Origin: Prasinococcaceae sp. CCMP 1430
Lineage: Eukaryota > Plantae > Prasinodermophyta
DNA length: 53,738 nt
Direction of reading: 5' to 3'
NCBI GenBank assembly: GCA_013416795.1
Contig: RQSC01000004.1
Coordinates: 433,918 to 487,655 of the forward strand
A program made the position numbers and the translations under genes. A model generated the notes under the pieces. It was not told the origin of the DNA. It worked only from the letters and a program-made list of their open reading frames with translations, and ran no database searches. Numbering within the stretch: the first letter of the stretch is position 1; each line of letters starts with the position of its first letter. Of the stretch, positions 33,796 through 45,262 are shown in pieces.

Positions 33796-35088
33796 ATGGG
33801 TGTGCTCGCGGCGGCGGCGGCGACCGGGGGCGGAGGCGGCGGTGCATCGTCCGCCGAGAAACACGCCCACGCGCACGCGAGCGTCGCGCACGCGGGCGCC
33901 GAGGCGCACGCCTCAGAGGCGCTCGCGCCCGGGGGGCGCAGCTGCGGCGGGGACTTCAACGCGTTTGCGTTCACCGTCGAGGGGCTCGCGTTGCGGCGCT
34001 CGGTGCGAGCCTCGCGCGATCGCACGCTGCGCGTGTCGTACGCGCCGCGCGAAGCCGTTGCGGCCGCGCGACGCGAGCACGCAGCCGCGCTCGCGCGGCG
34101 GCTCGCAGTCACGCGCGGTCACGGTCACGCGCGGGTGCCCTTCCTGCAGGGGACACCCGTGCGCCCAGGCGTGGCGAAGGCACGATTCCTCGACAGCGCG
34201 CGCACACTGCGCGCCGTCGAGGGCGAAGCGCCCGCCCGGCTGCGCGAGTACGTCCAGCCTGCGACGTACGATGCGGCAGGGAGCTCGCACACCGACGCCG
34301 GCTGCGTGCTCGTCCCCGGCGAGAGCCGATCGCGGCCGCTGCAGGTGGCCGCGCCGCGCGCGCAGCGCAACCTCGACGGTGTCGCGCTTCACTACACGCT
34401 CCCGCCATCCGACGGCGACGGTGATGGCGGTCACGGCCGCGACGGGCGCGCGCGGCCCGCGAGCGCGGGCGCTTGCGCAAGCAAGAAAGAGACGGCGCAA
34501 GAGAAGGGCCGCGTCGACCCGGACGATGCCCACGAAAGGCAAGGGGCCGAGGAAGACGCGGCGACTCCCGCCGGGCCGCGGCGTCCATCCGTGCTCTCTA
34601 ATCGCCCGAGCAGCGCGGTGCGCGCAGCGCAGCGTCGCGGCCCGTCGGAGCATCCAGTGCGACCGCTCTCGGCGCCCGCGCGCAGGCGACCCGTCTCCGC
34701 CCACGCGCGCGCGGCGCCCTCGTTCTTGCCTGCGAGCACGACGACCACCACGCGCGTGAACGCCAACGGACATTCGCGCGCGCCGGCAATGGCGTGGGGC
34801 GGCGGCGGCAGCGTTCCACAGCAGTCACCAATGCCGGCGGCACCGCAGGCGGAGCGCCCGCGAAGCGCGCCCGCTGTTCGGACACACGTGCCCGCGCCGC
34901 GCCTGCGCACGCCGGCTGAACGCCTCGCGCAGCGCATGAACTCGGCGGCGTTCGTGCACACGCGGCGAACGACGGGGCGCGGAATGCCGGCCCCTTCACC
35001 CCCTCCAGTGCTTTTACGAGCACGTGCGCGGGCGCAGCAGAGCCGACCCAGCGGTGCGATTGTGATACACAAGCACGACTGGCGATGA
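33796..35088 (+). CDS. Hypothetical protein, 430 aa
   Basis: Long ORF with GC3-rich codons and a complex central segment (RFLDSARTLRAVEG..EYVQPATYD..CVLVPGESR); no family recognised. Confidence 0.5.
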   Translation: MGVLAAAAATGGGGGGASSAEKHAHAHASVAHAGAEAHASEALAPGGRSCGGDFNAFAFTVEGLALRRSVRASRDRTLRVSYAPREAVAAARREHAAALARRLAVTRGHGHARVPFLQGTPVRPGVAKARFLDSARTLRAVEGEAPARLREYVQPATYDAAGSSHTDAGCVLVPGESRSRPLQVAAPRAQRNLDGVALHYTLPPSDGDGDGGHGRDGRARPASAGACASKKETAQEKGRVDPDDAHERQGAEEDAATPAGPRRPSVLSNRPSSAVRAAQRRGPSEHPVRPLSAPARRRPVSAHARAAPSFLPASTTTTTRVNANGHSRAPAMAWGGGGSVPQQSPMPAAPQAERPRSAPAVRTHVPAPRLRTPAERLAQRMNSAAFVHTRRTTGRGMPAPSPPPVLLRARARAQQSRPSGAIVIHKHDWR

Positions 35089-35228
35089 TGCGCGTGCGAT
35101 GAAGCCAACCGCGCTCACGGCAGTGCCTCGAATGAGACAGTCGCACGCAGCGTCAGTGCGGCCGTCTGCGCTCGCGCTCGCGGGCACCCTCATAATAATA
35201 CGTGCGCAAGCGAATGAAGTGAAGCTCC

Positions 35229-36441
35229 CTATCGCTCAACGACAACGACAGTGCCCGCATTGCCACGCGTAACGCGCATGGTCTCGTCGACATACAGCAC
35301 GTCAAAAAACCCTTTGGGGCTGCGCGCGAGCGTGTAGCTTTGCGTGAACTCGTCTGACACGCTGCGAGCGGCGGGGCGGCGCACGCGGGTAGGGACATCA
35401 GCACACGTGCTCTTGATGCACCAATGCATCTACGCACGCACGCGCGCTCGCGCGCGCACACACCTCTCGGACACCTGATCATTGACCCCCAGGAGCCAGC
35501 CGAAGACTTTAGAGAGGACCTTCTTGTGCCAGCGAGCGGCCGCGCGATCTGCGGCCACTGCATCCGCCCCAAAGGCGCTCCGCCAGCGCTCGGAGAGCTC
35601 CACCTCCGCGTCCGAGTCGAAAGATGCGTCAGACCGGTCCAGCCTCATGCCGCCTCCCGTGAACTTGACTGCGACGCGGCCGCTCACCGGCAGCTCGTCC
35701 GGCCCACTCGTCTCGGCCTGAGCCGCCTCCTCGGGCATCTCCGCCTCCCCGAAGGTGCGCATGAGCCCGCGAGCCCCTGCTGCCGGTCCGTCAAGCACCT
35801 CAAAACGCACAATGAAGTCATAGCCGAAGGCACGACCGCACGGCGCGCCAACGGGGTTGTCAATGGCATCGACAGCGCAGCGTGTGGCGACGGGGGCGAA
35901 GCGCCCGAAACTCAGCCTGCCCAAGGAAAAAATACACCGGCCCGCGTCGTCAACGTCAAGCAGGTCGGGGAAGTCGGGCTTAGAGAGCATGCTCCACACC
36001 GCCCCTTCAACGCCGTCACCGCACATGAGCGCCGCGTCCGCCGCGCCGCCCGAAGGGCAGAGTGGCGCGAGCGCTCGCAGCGCGGCGGCAACGCGGTCGT
36101 CAGACGTGTCGCCGCCCGCCGCCTGCCAGGACAGGCATGCTCGCGCGCGCATCGGCGCGTCAGTCCGCGTTGGCATGACGAGGTGCGTGAGTGACGTTGC
36201 GTTCGGAGCGGCCTAATGCGGCGCGCAGGCGTGTGCGCAGACGGCCGTTGGTGGAGCGCCGCACCTTGAGCGCCTCGCGCAGCTCCCCCTTGGCCGCCTC
36301 TCGCGCGGCGGCTCGCTCGCCCGCCTGCCCGGCGGCCCCGGTGACAGCAGCACGCCGGCGCAGTCGACGGCGCGCCGACGCGCAGCGCGATGCGACCGCC
36401 CTCCCCTCTCGCGGGGGCGGCACGCCAAGCGCGAGCGCCAT
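35229..36441 (-). CDS. PAP/fibrillin-domain plastid protein. Exons 36441-36265, 36122-35464, 35361-35229
   Basis: Arg/Ala/Ser-rich transit-like N-terminus; C-terminal FFDVLYVDETMRVTRGNAG is the fibrillin-type terminal motif. Two frame-consistent GT-AG introns. Confidence 0.72.
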
Positions 36442-36697
36442 CACCCTCTGTTCGCCGCCCGTGCGCCTGCGCGCCGCACGCTGCGTGTGGCCAGGCCGCC
36501 GGGTACGCCTACGCCAAACACCCCACTCACACGGCGTACCTCTTCATGCCAAAGTCTAATTTTAAAAACATTATCCGTTTTTGTTTATATTAAAAAACAT
36601 TGATATCAGACCCACGTAGTATTATTGTTCACAATTTCATTGTGGATTGCAGTTTTCGAGCGCGCGGCCGAGCGCGCGTTTGGCGTTGTCACAGCGC

Positions 36698-38725
36698 CTA
36701 CGCCTTGGCCGGCGGCGGCGCGAGCGTCCCCTCGCGGAAGACGGGCCACAGCGTCTGCGCGGAGAGCATGTACGCGAGCGAGGCGCACGACACGGCTGCG
36801 AAGAGCGCCGACGCTGCCCACAGCGGAGCGAACGCGCCCTGTGCGCGCGGGCAGCGAGCTCATGAGTGAGTGCGTATGCACGCGTGCGAACGGTGGCGTG
36901 GGCGTGTAGGCGCGGGCGCGGCGTTCGCGCGAGTGCGAGCGCGAGCACGCGCGTGTGCGTGTGCGCGTGCGTGAGTGTGCGCTTGAGCGACCATCCTACC
37001 TGGTCGCCGCGCATCTCGAGCGCCCACGCCCACGCGAGCCAGTGCACCTGCGCGGCGATCCACACGGCGAGCGAGCGAGCCGCCGCTCGGACATCGGCGC
37101 CAACCAAGCAGAGCGGCGCGAGCGCGAACCACCACGCGAAGTACTGCGCTGTCACCACCTGATGCGCATGTGCGTGTGCGCGAGTGGTGATGCGCGTGCG
37201 TGTGAGTGCGAGTGCGCGCGTGCACGAAAGGTCGCGCACGTGCGCGCGCGCGCCCACCTCACCTTGTTGAGCGCCACGAACGCCGCGGTCTGTGCGAAGA
37301 GGCACAGCGGCAGGTCGGCTGAGAGCGCCAAGGGCAGGGCAACAACCACTGCTAGCTGCGGCACGAACGCAAGCAGCCGCATCGCCCCCGCGGGAAAGAG
37401 GCGCGCGCGAGGGACGCCCACGCGCAGCGCGTCGCCTTGTCCGTCGTCCTCAGCCGGCGCGCCGAGCGCGTCCCTGGCCGCCGCGGCGACGTCCGCGTCG
37501 AGCGCGTGCGCCTCCGCGGCGTCGACGTGCTCCGCGAGGTGCATGGCGTACCAGTACGGGCTGAAGTTGTGCCGCGGGTCGGCGCGGCCGACGTGGTGCA
37601 GCAGCGCCTCGTGCGCGTATGCGCCCCCGCACGCTGCGTAGCTGCCTCCGCACAGCGCGGCGAGCGTCACGCCGCCTACCGCGCAGAAAATTGCACGGTC
37701 GCGCGTGAGGGCGCGCACCCACGCGCCACGCACGCCCGTGCGCGCATACGCGTGCGCGTGCGCGCGTGCGCGCGCGCGCGTGCGCGTGCCTGTGCCGCCT
37801 CTGTCGCTTCCGCCGCGGGCAGCGCTCGGCCGGTAATGCTCGCCGTCGAGGAAGAGGAGCAGCGCGGGCGCGAAGATGGCGGGGTAGAGGCGCAAGTGCA
37901 CCGCGAACGCGTACCACGCGGAAGCAATGACCGTGCGCCGCGCGATCAGCGCGCGCAGTGCGAGGAGCACCGCGAGCGTCGGCATCGCGTCGCACGAGCC
38001 GCGGGTCGAGATGCCCGCGGTGTACGGGTTGAAGAGCCACGCGGCGGCCGCCAGGCGCTTTGCAGGCGCGTGCGGGCGCGCACAGGCGGTGCGCACGCAG
38101 CGCGAATGCGGCGTGTCAGGCGTACGCTTGCCACGCGTCGCTCAATGCGCGCAGTCTACGCGCGTGTGCTGTGCGTGTGTGTGCACACATGCGCGTTCGC
38201 CAGCGCCTTGCGCGCACGCACCGCGGCCCGCTCGCCGGCGCCGCGCGTACGCGTGATGTCTGCGAGCACCCAGCCAACGGCAGCGTCGGCCGCGCAGAAG
38301 AGCGCCTTTCCCCAGTGAGGCGCACCGAGCGCATTAGGCAGCAGCATCGCGGCGAGCAGCGGCGGGTAGCGGTATCTGCGCGTGTGCGCATCCGTGTGTC
38401 GGTGTCCGTGTGCCCGTGCGTTGTGCGCGCCCAGTGTCAGTTTGTACGCGCTGCCATTGGCATGCGTGCGTGCACCTGCGTGCGTGCGTGCGTGCGTGCG
38501 CGAGCGCGCGCGAGAGCGAGCGAGAGGAATGTAGACGTACGTATCGCGCTCGTAAGGCGAGCCGCCCGCGGCAAGCGCGGCGGCCGCGTCTGTGAAGACC
38601 GAGTAGTCAACATCGGTGTACGGCGCGTGCGGCTGCGACGCGTCCACGTGGAGGCCCCACGCCACCAGCGCGAGGCGCAGCGCGCACGCCAACGCGAGCT
38701 GCGTGCGCACTGGGGGGAGGCGCAT
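36698..38725 (-). CDS. PIGM: GPI mannosyltransferase 1, multi-exon
   Basis: YTDVDYSVFTDAA, GSPYERDTY|RYPPLLA, WLFNPYTAGISTRGSCDA, AVHLRLYPAIF, RADPRHNFSPYWY, AFVALNK|VVTAQYFAWW, across GC/GT-rich introns. Confidence 0.93.
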
Positions 38726-38749
38726 CGCCGCGGCGCGCGGCGCGCGGCG

Positions 38750-39861
38750 CGTTGTGAGGCCGCGGCGGCCGCCGGGCGCGCGCGCGTGGCGGCGTTTGTG
38801 TCGGGCGGCGGCTCCAACCTGCGTGCCATCGCGGCGCACGACGGCTTCGAGGAGGTGGGGGAGGTCGCACTCGTGGTGGCCTCGAATGCGAGCTGCGGGG
38901 GCGCCGAGTGGGCGCGGGAGAGGGGCATAGACGTCGTCGTGTGGCCCGGGAAGGTGCGCGCGCCGTGGGGCGCGCCTTGCTTGCTCGCCTGCGCGGCAGA
39001 CTGCTCTCGCTCGCGGGCACGCGTGCGCGTGCACGTTCGCGCACACCCACACCCACCGTGTCGCCCGTGGCCATGCCCTCGCCCGCACACGCGCATGTAC
39101 GCGCACATTTACTCACGCACACACGCACGCGCCTGCGCAACGCGCCGGGGGGCGCGCCTGCCCCCTACAGGCCGGCACGCCGTCTTCGGAGCCTGCCGTG
39201 CTGCTCTCTGCGCTTGAGTCACGCGATGTCGACCTGGTCGTCCTGGCGGGCTACCTCAAGCTGGTGCCCGAAGCCGTGGTGCGCGCGTACGAACGACGCA
39301 TGCTCAACGTGCACCCGGCGCTGCTGCCGGCATTCGGCGGCGCGGGCATGTATGGCGGCCGCGTGCACGCGGCCGTCGTCGCCAGCGGCGCGCGCTTCAG
39401 CGGGCCGACGGTGCACTTCGTCACGGCGGAGTATGATGAGGGTAAGGCGGCAGGCGGCGCGTACGCACGCGCGCGCGCCGCGCGCGCGCTGCGCCAGCGG
39501 TGCGCGCTGCGTCGGAACGAGCGACAGCGGCTGACGCGCCGCACCCCTTTCCCGCTGCGCGCATGCGCGCGCTCACGCGTGCGTGCTTGTGTACTCGTGT
39601 GCTCGTGTGCGTGCGCGCGCACTCGCCCACACGCTCGCAGGCCCCATCGTCGCCCAGCGCGCGGTACCCGTCCTGTCCGGCGACACGCCGGAGTCCCTCG
39701 CCGCGCGCGTCCTCCGCGCGGAGCACTGGCTCTACCCGCGCGTCGTCTCCGCCGCGTGCGCCGGCGGCGTGCGCTGGGGCGCCGACGGCGTGCCGCGCGT
39801 CGCCGCGCTCGAGGCGGGCGCCGACGACGAGGGCGCCATGCTCCTCCCCGGCGCCGCCTGA
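38750..39861 (+). CDS. purN: Phosphoribosylglycinamide formyltransferase. Exons ?-38953, 39171-39441, 39641-39861; start codon not identifiable
   Basis: RVAAFVSGGGSNLRAI, DLVVLAGYLKLVP, LNVHPALLPAFGG.GMYG.RVHAAV, SGPTVHFVTAEYDE|GPIVAQRAVPV, LAARVLRAEH. Confidence 0.93.
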
Positions 39862-40337
39862 GCTGAGCACCAAAACACAAACCCTAAAACATTCAAAACC
39901 TCAAAAAGACGTCCCCGCAATTGTCGAGGCTCGCGCTCGCATGCAACGAATGCATCGCGAGCGATTGATTGATTGGAAAGGTTTTTTCGAATAAGAATTC
40001 GGCTGCTGGTCCGGTGGGCCGGTCAACGCGAGCGCGTGTGCGGCCGGGTGCGGGGGGAGCAGGAGCACGCGCTCGCTGCCGCGGAGGGGGCCACAGCGCG
40101 CGTGCGCGCGGCGGCGGCGGCGGCATCGGCGCTTGCGCACCCCCCCGCGCCCACGGCCCGCATCCCTCTCTGGCCTCGCGGTCACCGGCCGGGTGCTCGC
40201 CGGTTCGGTTCGGCGTCCGGCCTTCCCGACCGCGCGGTGTGCGGTCGGCGGCGGGTGAGGGCGAGGGCGGGCGCTCGGGCCCGCCGGGGCGCTGCTCCCC
40301 CCCGGCGGCGCCAACGAGCGGCGCCAGGTGACGAGCG

Positions 40338-42019
40338 ATGGACGAGTACGCACCCCCACCGCCCTCGCAGTATGGCATCGGCCAGCGGCCGACGTCGGCA
40401 AAGCCCACCAAGCTGAAGAAGTTCCTCCTGCGCTACTACCCGCCCGGCATAATCCTCGAGTACACGAACTTCGGCGAACTGCGCCAGAAGGCGGTCGACC
40501 TGCTGAACCTCACGCCGGACACCGACGTGGAGGTGCTCCTCAACCAGATCATGCGGCAGGAACCGCTCATCAAAGAGAGCCGCCGCGCCGCGCTGCGCGC
40601 GATGATCTACCGGCTCGTCGACAAACAGGCGGCGACCACGGTCTCCGAGGACTTCCAACTATACAAGGTAGCAGTGTGTGCCTGTGCGTGTGGAGCCTGT
40701 GTGCGTGCGTGCGTGCGTGCGCACACACCGCGCTGACACGCGCTACCAATGCCAGGTCCTGCGCGCGCACATCCTCCCGCTCACAAACTGCGCGTTCAAC
40801 AAGAGCGGCGACCGCTTCATCACTGGCAGCTACGACCGAACATGTAAGGTGTGGAACACGTACACGGGCGAGGAGATGCTCACGCTCGAGGGCCACAAGA
40901 ACGTCGTGTATGCGATTGCGTTCAACAATCCGTACGGTGACAAGATCGTCACCGGCTCGTTCGACAAGACCGCGCGAGTGTGGGACGCGTACAGTGGCGA
41001 GATGCTTGTGACGCTGCGCGGGCACCAGACCGAGATCGTGTGCCTGGCATTTAACCCTCAGTCCACGATCATCGCCACTGGCTCGATGGACAACACCGCA
41101 AAGCTATGGGACGTGGAGACTGGGACTGAGCTGTGCACCTTGGCGGGCCACACCGCGGAGATCGTGAGCCTAAACTTCAACACAGACGGCGACAAGCTCA
41201 TCACGGGCTCGTTCGACCACACCAGCCGCATCTGGGACGTGAAGAGCGGCCAGTGCATTCACACGTTGAGCGGTCACAGAGGCGAGGTGTCGTCCACGCA
41301 ATTCAACTATGCGGGCAACTTGTGTGTGTCAGGGTCAATTGACCGCACGTGCAGGCTCTGGGACGTCAACAGCGGTGCGTGGGCTCCCGCGCGCGCGCCC
41401 GTGCGCGCGCGCTCCACGATGGCGGCGCCTCGACAAGAACTTGAGCGCTGGTGTGCTGACGCCGCCCGCCCCTCCCTTGCGTGCCTTCACGACACGGCGC
41501 TCGCAGGGCGCTGCCTGAGCGTGCGGCAAGGGCACACCGACGAGGTGCTCGACGTGGCCTTCGACGCAACTGGAAACAAAATCGTGAGCGCTTCGACGGA
41601 TGGCACCGCACGGCTGTACAACACAATGACGGGGGCCTGCCTGCACGTGCTCAGCGGACATGAGGGCGAGATCTCGAAAGTTGCGTTCAATCCGCATGGC
41701 TCGAAGGTCATCACTGCCAGTAGCGACAAGACCTGCCGCCTGTGGGACGTGGAAACGGGCGACTGCATGCAGAGTGAGTGCGCGCAGTGCACCTGCAAGC
41801 ATTCGCGCATTCCGTTGGCTGAGGAGCGCGAACGCCGCGCGCGCTCCCGCGCGCTTGGTAGCGCGTGTGCTGACGCGAATATGATGTCTGCGCCTCCTTG
41901 CTCGCCTCGCAGCACTCTCTGGGCACACTGATGAGATCTTCAGCTGCTCGTTCAACTACGAGGGGGACTTCATAATCACGGGCTCAAAGGACAACACTGT
42001 ACGCGTTTGGCGATCGTAA
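40338..42019 (+). CDS. DAW1: Dynein assembly factor with WD repeats 1 (ODA16/WDR69), multi-exon
   Basis: [21 protein letters not shown]|[60 protein letters not shown], ending [14 protein letters not shown] (TAA 42017-42019). Confidence 0.95.
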
Positions 42020-42439
42020 GGTGCGGCGCACACAAGCTTGGGCGGCAAAATCACGGTAATGACGGAGTGCTCATACTACCACGCCAGGGCCTATGTCTAT
42101 GTCCTACACTGCCTAGCTAGAGCGAGCTCGCACGCTGCTATACGCCCTCAGACGCCAGGATGCGCGGCCTCGCACTCCCACGGTGGCCCTCGTCACGACG
42201 CTCGCTGCCCACGATGGCCACAGTGCGCTCGCGGTGCTGCTCGCTCCCTGTGCGGTCCTCCTCGGAGCGCTTGCGCATCGTGTCTATCTGTGCGTTGCGA
42301 CTGGTGCTGCGCCGCCCACGACGTTCCGTGCCGACGTCCCATTACCCTCCGACTTGGGCGTCGCCGCCGACTCTGAGCGCGTGCCTCGCTGCGGTGTGCA
42401 AGCCGGGGAACAAAGGGCATGGCGTGCAAGCAACCGCCG

Positions 42440-42697
42440 TCAGCACGTGGCACCGCGGCGCGCTCCCCCTGTGGCTCGCGCAGCATTGGACGCACGCACA
42501 TCCTCCGACTCCCGAGCCATAGCATGCAGGTTGGCGACCACGTCGACCAGCTGCGCGTGCGAGAGCAGCGCCAGCCGCTGCGGAGTCACCAGCCCCAAAA
42601 GCGCCGCTGCCTCCGCGGCCGCCTCCGCCGCGCCGCTCTTGCGGGCGCTCGCCTGCTGCAAAGCGGCCTGCCTGCCGCCGCCGGCAGGCGCGGCCAT
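42440..42697 (-). CDS. Possible small hypothetical gene or first exon
   Basis: ATG-initiated ORF with amphipathic segment LALLSHAQLVDVVANLHAM; downstream exon structure unresolved. Confidence 0.25.
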   Translation of the reverse strand: MAAPAGGGRQAALQQASARKSGAAEAAAEAAALLGLVTPQRLALLSHAQLVDVVANLHAMARESEDVRASNAARATGGARRGATC

Positions 42698-43220
42698 CGC
42701 GGCTCACGCGGGGCGGGCGCGAGAGTCGTGTCGCTCGCCCCGCGCGAGGCACGCCCGTAGCTGCGCGGCACCCGCGGCAAGCGCTGCGCGCGTGCAATGT
42801 GCCCCCCGTCCCCTCCTCCCCCTCCCTCCTCGCCCCGCCAGCGTGCTCGGGGGAACAGGGCACATCGCTGCCGTCTCCGTTTTCCGCGAAACAAAGCATC
42901 GCGAGGTCACAAAGCGCAGAATTCGCTCCCAAATCACGCTCTCCGCGATAGCTCCGCACGACCGTTGTTCGCGACCAGGTTAGGGTCGGAATTAGGGTTA
43001 TTTCCGTGCGTTCCGCGATAGGGCTTGCAATCGTGCGTTCCCCTGCGGCCGGTTTCGGAACGCGCCCGAGAGCGAAGGGGCACGGCAAACAGCGCGGCGC
43101 CTCGCGCGCGCGTGCAAGCGCCCGCCCCCGCGGCACCCGCCGCGCCGGCGGCGGGGCGCAGCAAGGCAACGGAGCGGGGTGCCTCCGCCTGTCCGCCCCC
43201 CCCACGCGCCCGACGCCACC

Positions 43221-43739
43221 ATGGTGTTCGACCGCAGCTGGCAGCAGCGCGTGGAGAAGGAGTTCCGGTCGCAAATGCGCTCGAAGGGGAAGATGCCAAT
43301 CCCCACGACGGTCGCGCGAGAGCACAAGCTCCGTGAGCAGACTTCTGTCGGCCGCGTCTTCCCGATCGAGGTCGACTCACCGCCCGCGAAGGTACGCGCG
43401 GCGCTCGTTCGCTCGTTTGCTCGCGCGCGCGAGCGCAGCTCGCTCACTCACCCGCACCGGCGGGGGAGGCGCCCCTTGCTGTCGCTTGCGCGCTGCCGCG
43501 CTGCTGCCACGGCTCGAGTGAGCGCGCGCGCACTCACTCACACACGCGCGCGCGCACGCGGCGCTGGCCTCACGCAGGGCCTCGCGCAACACCACGAGCA
43601 CAAGGCTATTGAGGAGCAGCTCAAGGAGCGGCTGCGTTCACTCGAGGAGGAGCTCCACTCCCAGCGCGAAGAGAGGATCGTTCTCGAGGGCAAGCTGTCT
43701 GCCGCCAAAGACGCGGCGGCCGAAACGGTGGACCAGTGA
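43221..43739 (+). CDS. Small hypothetical coiled-coil protein. Exons 43221-43391 and 43578-43739
   Basis: Good start context (gccaccATGG), phase-0 GT-AG intron, C-terminal heptads IEEQLKERLRSLEEELHSQREERIVLEGKL. Confidence 0.6.
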   Translation: MVFDRSWQQRVEKEFRSQMRSKGKMPIPTTVAREHKLREQTSVGRVFPIEVDSPPAKVRAALVRSFARARERSSLTHPHRRGRRPLLSLARCRAAATARVSARALTHTRARARGAGLTQGLAQHHEHKAIEEQLKERLRSLEEELHSQREERIVLEGKLSAAKDAAAETVDQ

Positions 43740-43871
43740 GCGGCATCCAAGTGGTGGGCGGGCGCGGCGCTCGGGAGCGGTAATGGGCACTGAGAGCGCC
43801 ACCGACAGAGTCCGGCGCGAGCGACGCGTCGCCCATGTGTGCGCGTGTGCGTATTACGGTGAGGCGCGTGC

Positions 43872-45262
43872 TCACTTGTTGAGAGCGCTCTGCAGTCCTG
43901 CCAGCTCCGCCTCGAAGTCATCGTCGTCGTCGCCGCCGACGCCGTCCGCCTCGTACTGGTTGAGCCACGCGGGCTCAGCCTCGGCGGCCACAGCCGCTGC
44001 TGCGGGCGCGTCCGCGGATTCGGCAGGCGTCGGTTGCGGCGCGGGCACTGGCTTCTTCTTCGCCGCTGGCGGAAAGCTCTTTGCGCCCCCAGCGCGCTTC
44101 TCCGCCATGATTTCTACGAAGCTTTTGCGGGCAGGTTTCGCTGCACCCCTCGGCTTCTTCGCCGCTCGTGAAGCCGCCGTCGAAGCGCCGGCGTCCTGTG
44201 AGTGTTCGGGCCTCGCAGGCTTCGCAGCTGGCTTTGCTACCTGCGCGGACGCCGAGGCCGCGTTTGTGCCCCCCCCGCGCTTCTTCTCGGCCATTATCTC
44301 CGCGAAGCTCTTGACTTTGGGTTTGGCGGCCGGTGCCGCAGCGGGAGGCCTTGGCTCATGCTCGCCGTCCTTGCCACCCGCCTTCGCATCCCTGCGCTGC
44401 TGCTGCGGCGGCTGCTGCTGCACATTGCCAACTATCGCATGCGCCAGCACACCGGCACCCGTGCGCGCGCGCTTGCCACCTCGCTCGCGCTCCCGCCTCT
44501 CGGAGTCCTCTTGGCTGCGCCTCTTGCGCACGGCCTCGGCAGCAGCATCTGCGCGCTCCTGCGGGCCGAGCCCGCCATCTCCAATCTCCTCGTGCAGTCG
44601 CTGCTGCCGCAGTAGCGCAGCCTCAAGCATCGCCTGCTTTCCCTCGCGCACGGGCGCGCGCGGCTCCGTCGGCGCAGCTCTCGGCGCGCGCTCCTCCTCG
44701 GCGGCCTGCGCAGAAGGTTCGCCCGCCTGCGATCCGCCATGCGAGAACGGGCAGTGGAGGCCTTTGGCGCAGGTGCCCTGCAGAAAGAAGCGGCACATTG
44801 GCTTCGCCCCCCTGTTGCCGCCGGCAGCGGCCAGCGCGCCTCCACTTCCACCGCTGCCGAGCGTGCCCCGGCGCGGCGGGTGTCGGAACGAGCACCCCAC
44901 GCGTGTGCAGCTCCCCGCCAGCCAGAACGTGCACGGCCTCGAGTTGTACCATGCAGCCTCGCAGTGGCGGAATTCGCAGCGCGCGTTTGCGCAGCCCGCG
45001 CCGTAGTAGAAGCGGCAGTCCGTGAGCTGCTGCTGCGTGGGCGGCGGTCCCGCCCCCTGCGCCCCCTCTCCCCCCGCGGGCGCCCCCCCTTCAGCCGCCC
45101 CGCCTCGTGCGGGCGCCCATGGCCTGGCACCCTTGACCCCCCCGCGCGGTGCCGCCGCTGGCGCCGCTGGCGCAGGCGCCGCCGCCTCGCCTTGGTGGTG
45201 AGCTTCTTCTTTGGCTGCGTCTTCGCGGCTGCCGCGCCGCCGGTCCCGGCCACGTCGGCCAT
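43872..45262 (-). CDS. Triple CCCH zinc-finger protein (ZC3H11A/AtC3H17-like). Exons 45262-45191 and about 45032-43872
   Basis: CRFYYGAGCANARCEFRH, CTFWLAGSCTRVGCSFRH, CRFFLQGTCAKGLHCPFSH; two KSF(A/V)EIMAEK motifs resembling the repeated motif of ZC3H11A. Requires a GC-AG intron at 45190-45033. Confidence 0.8.
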
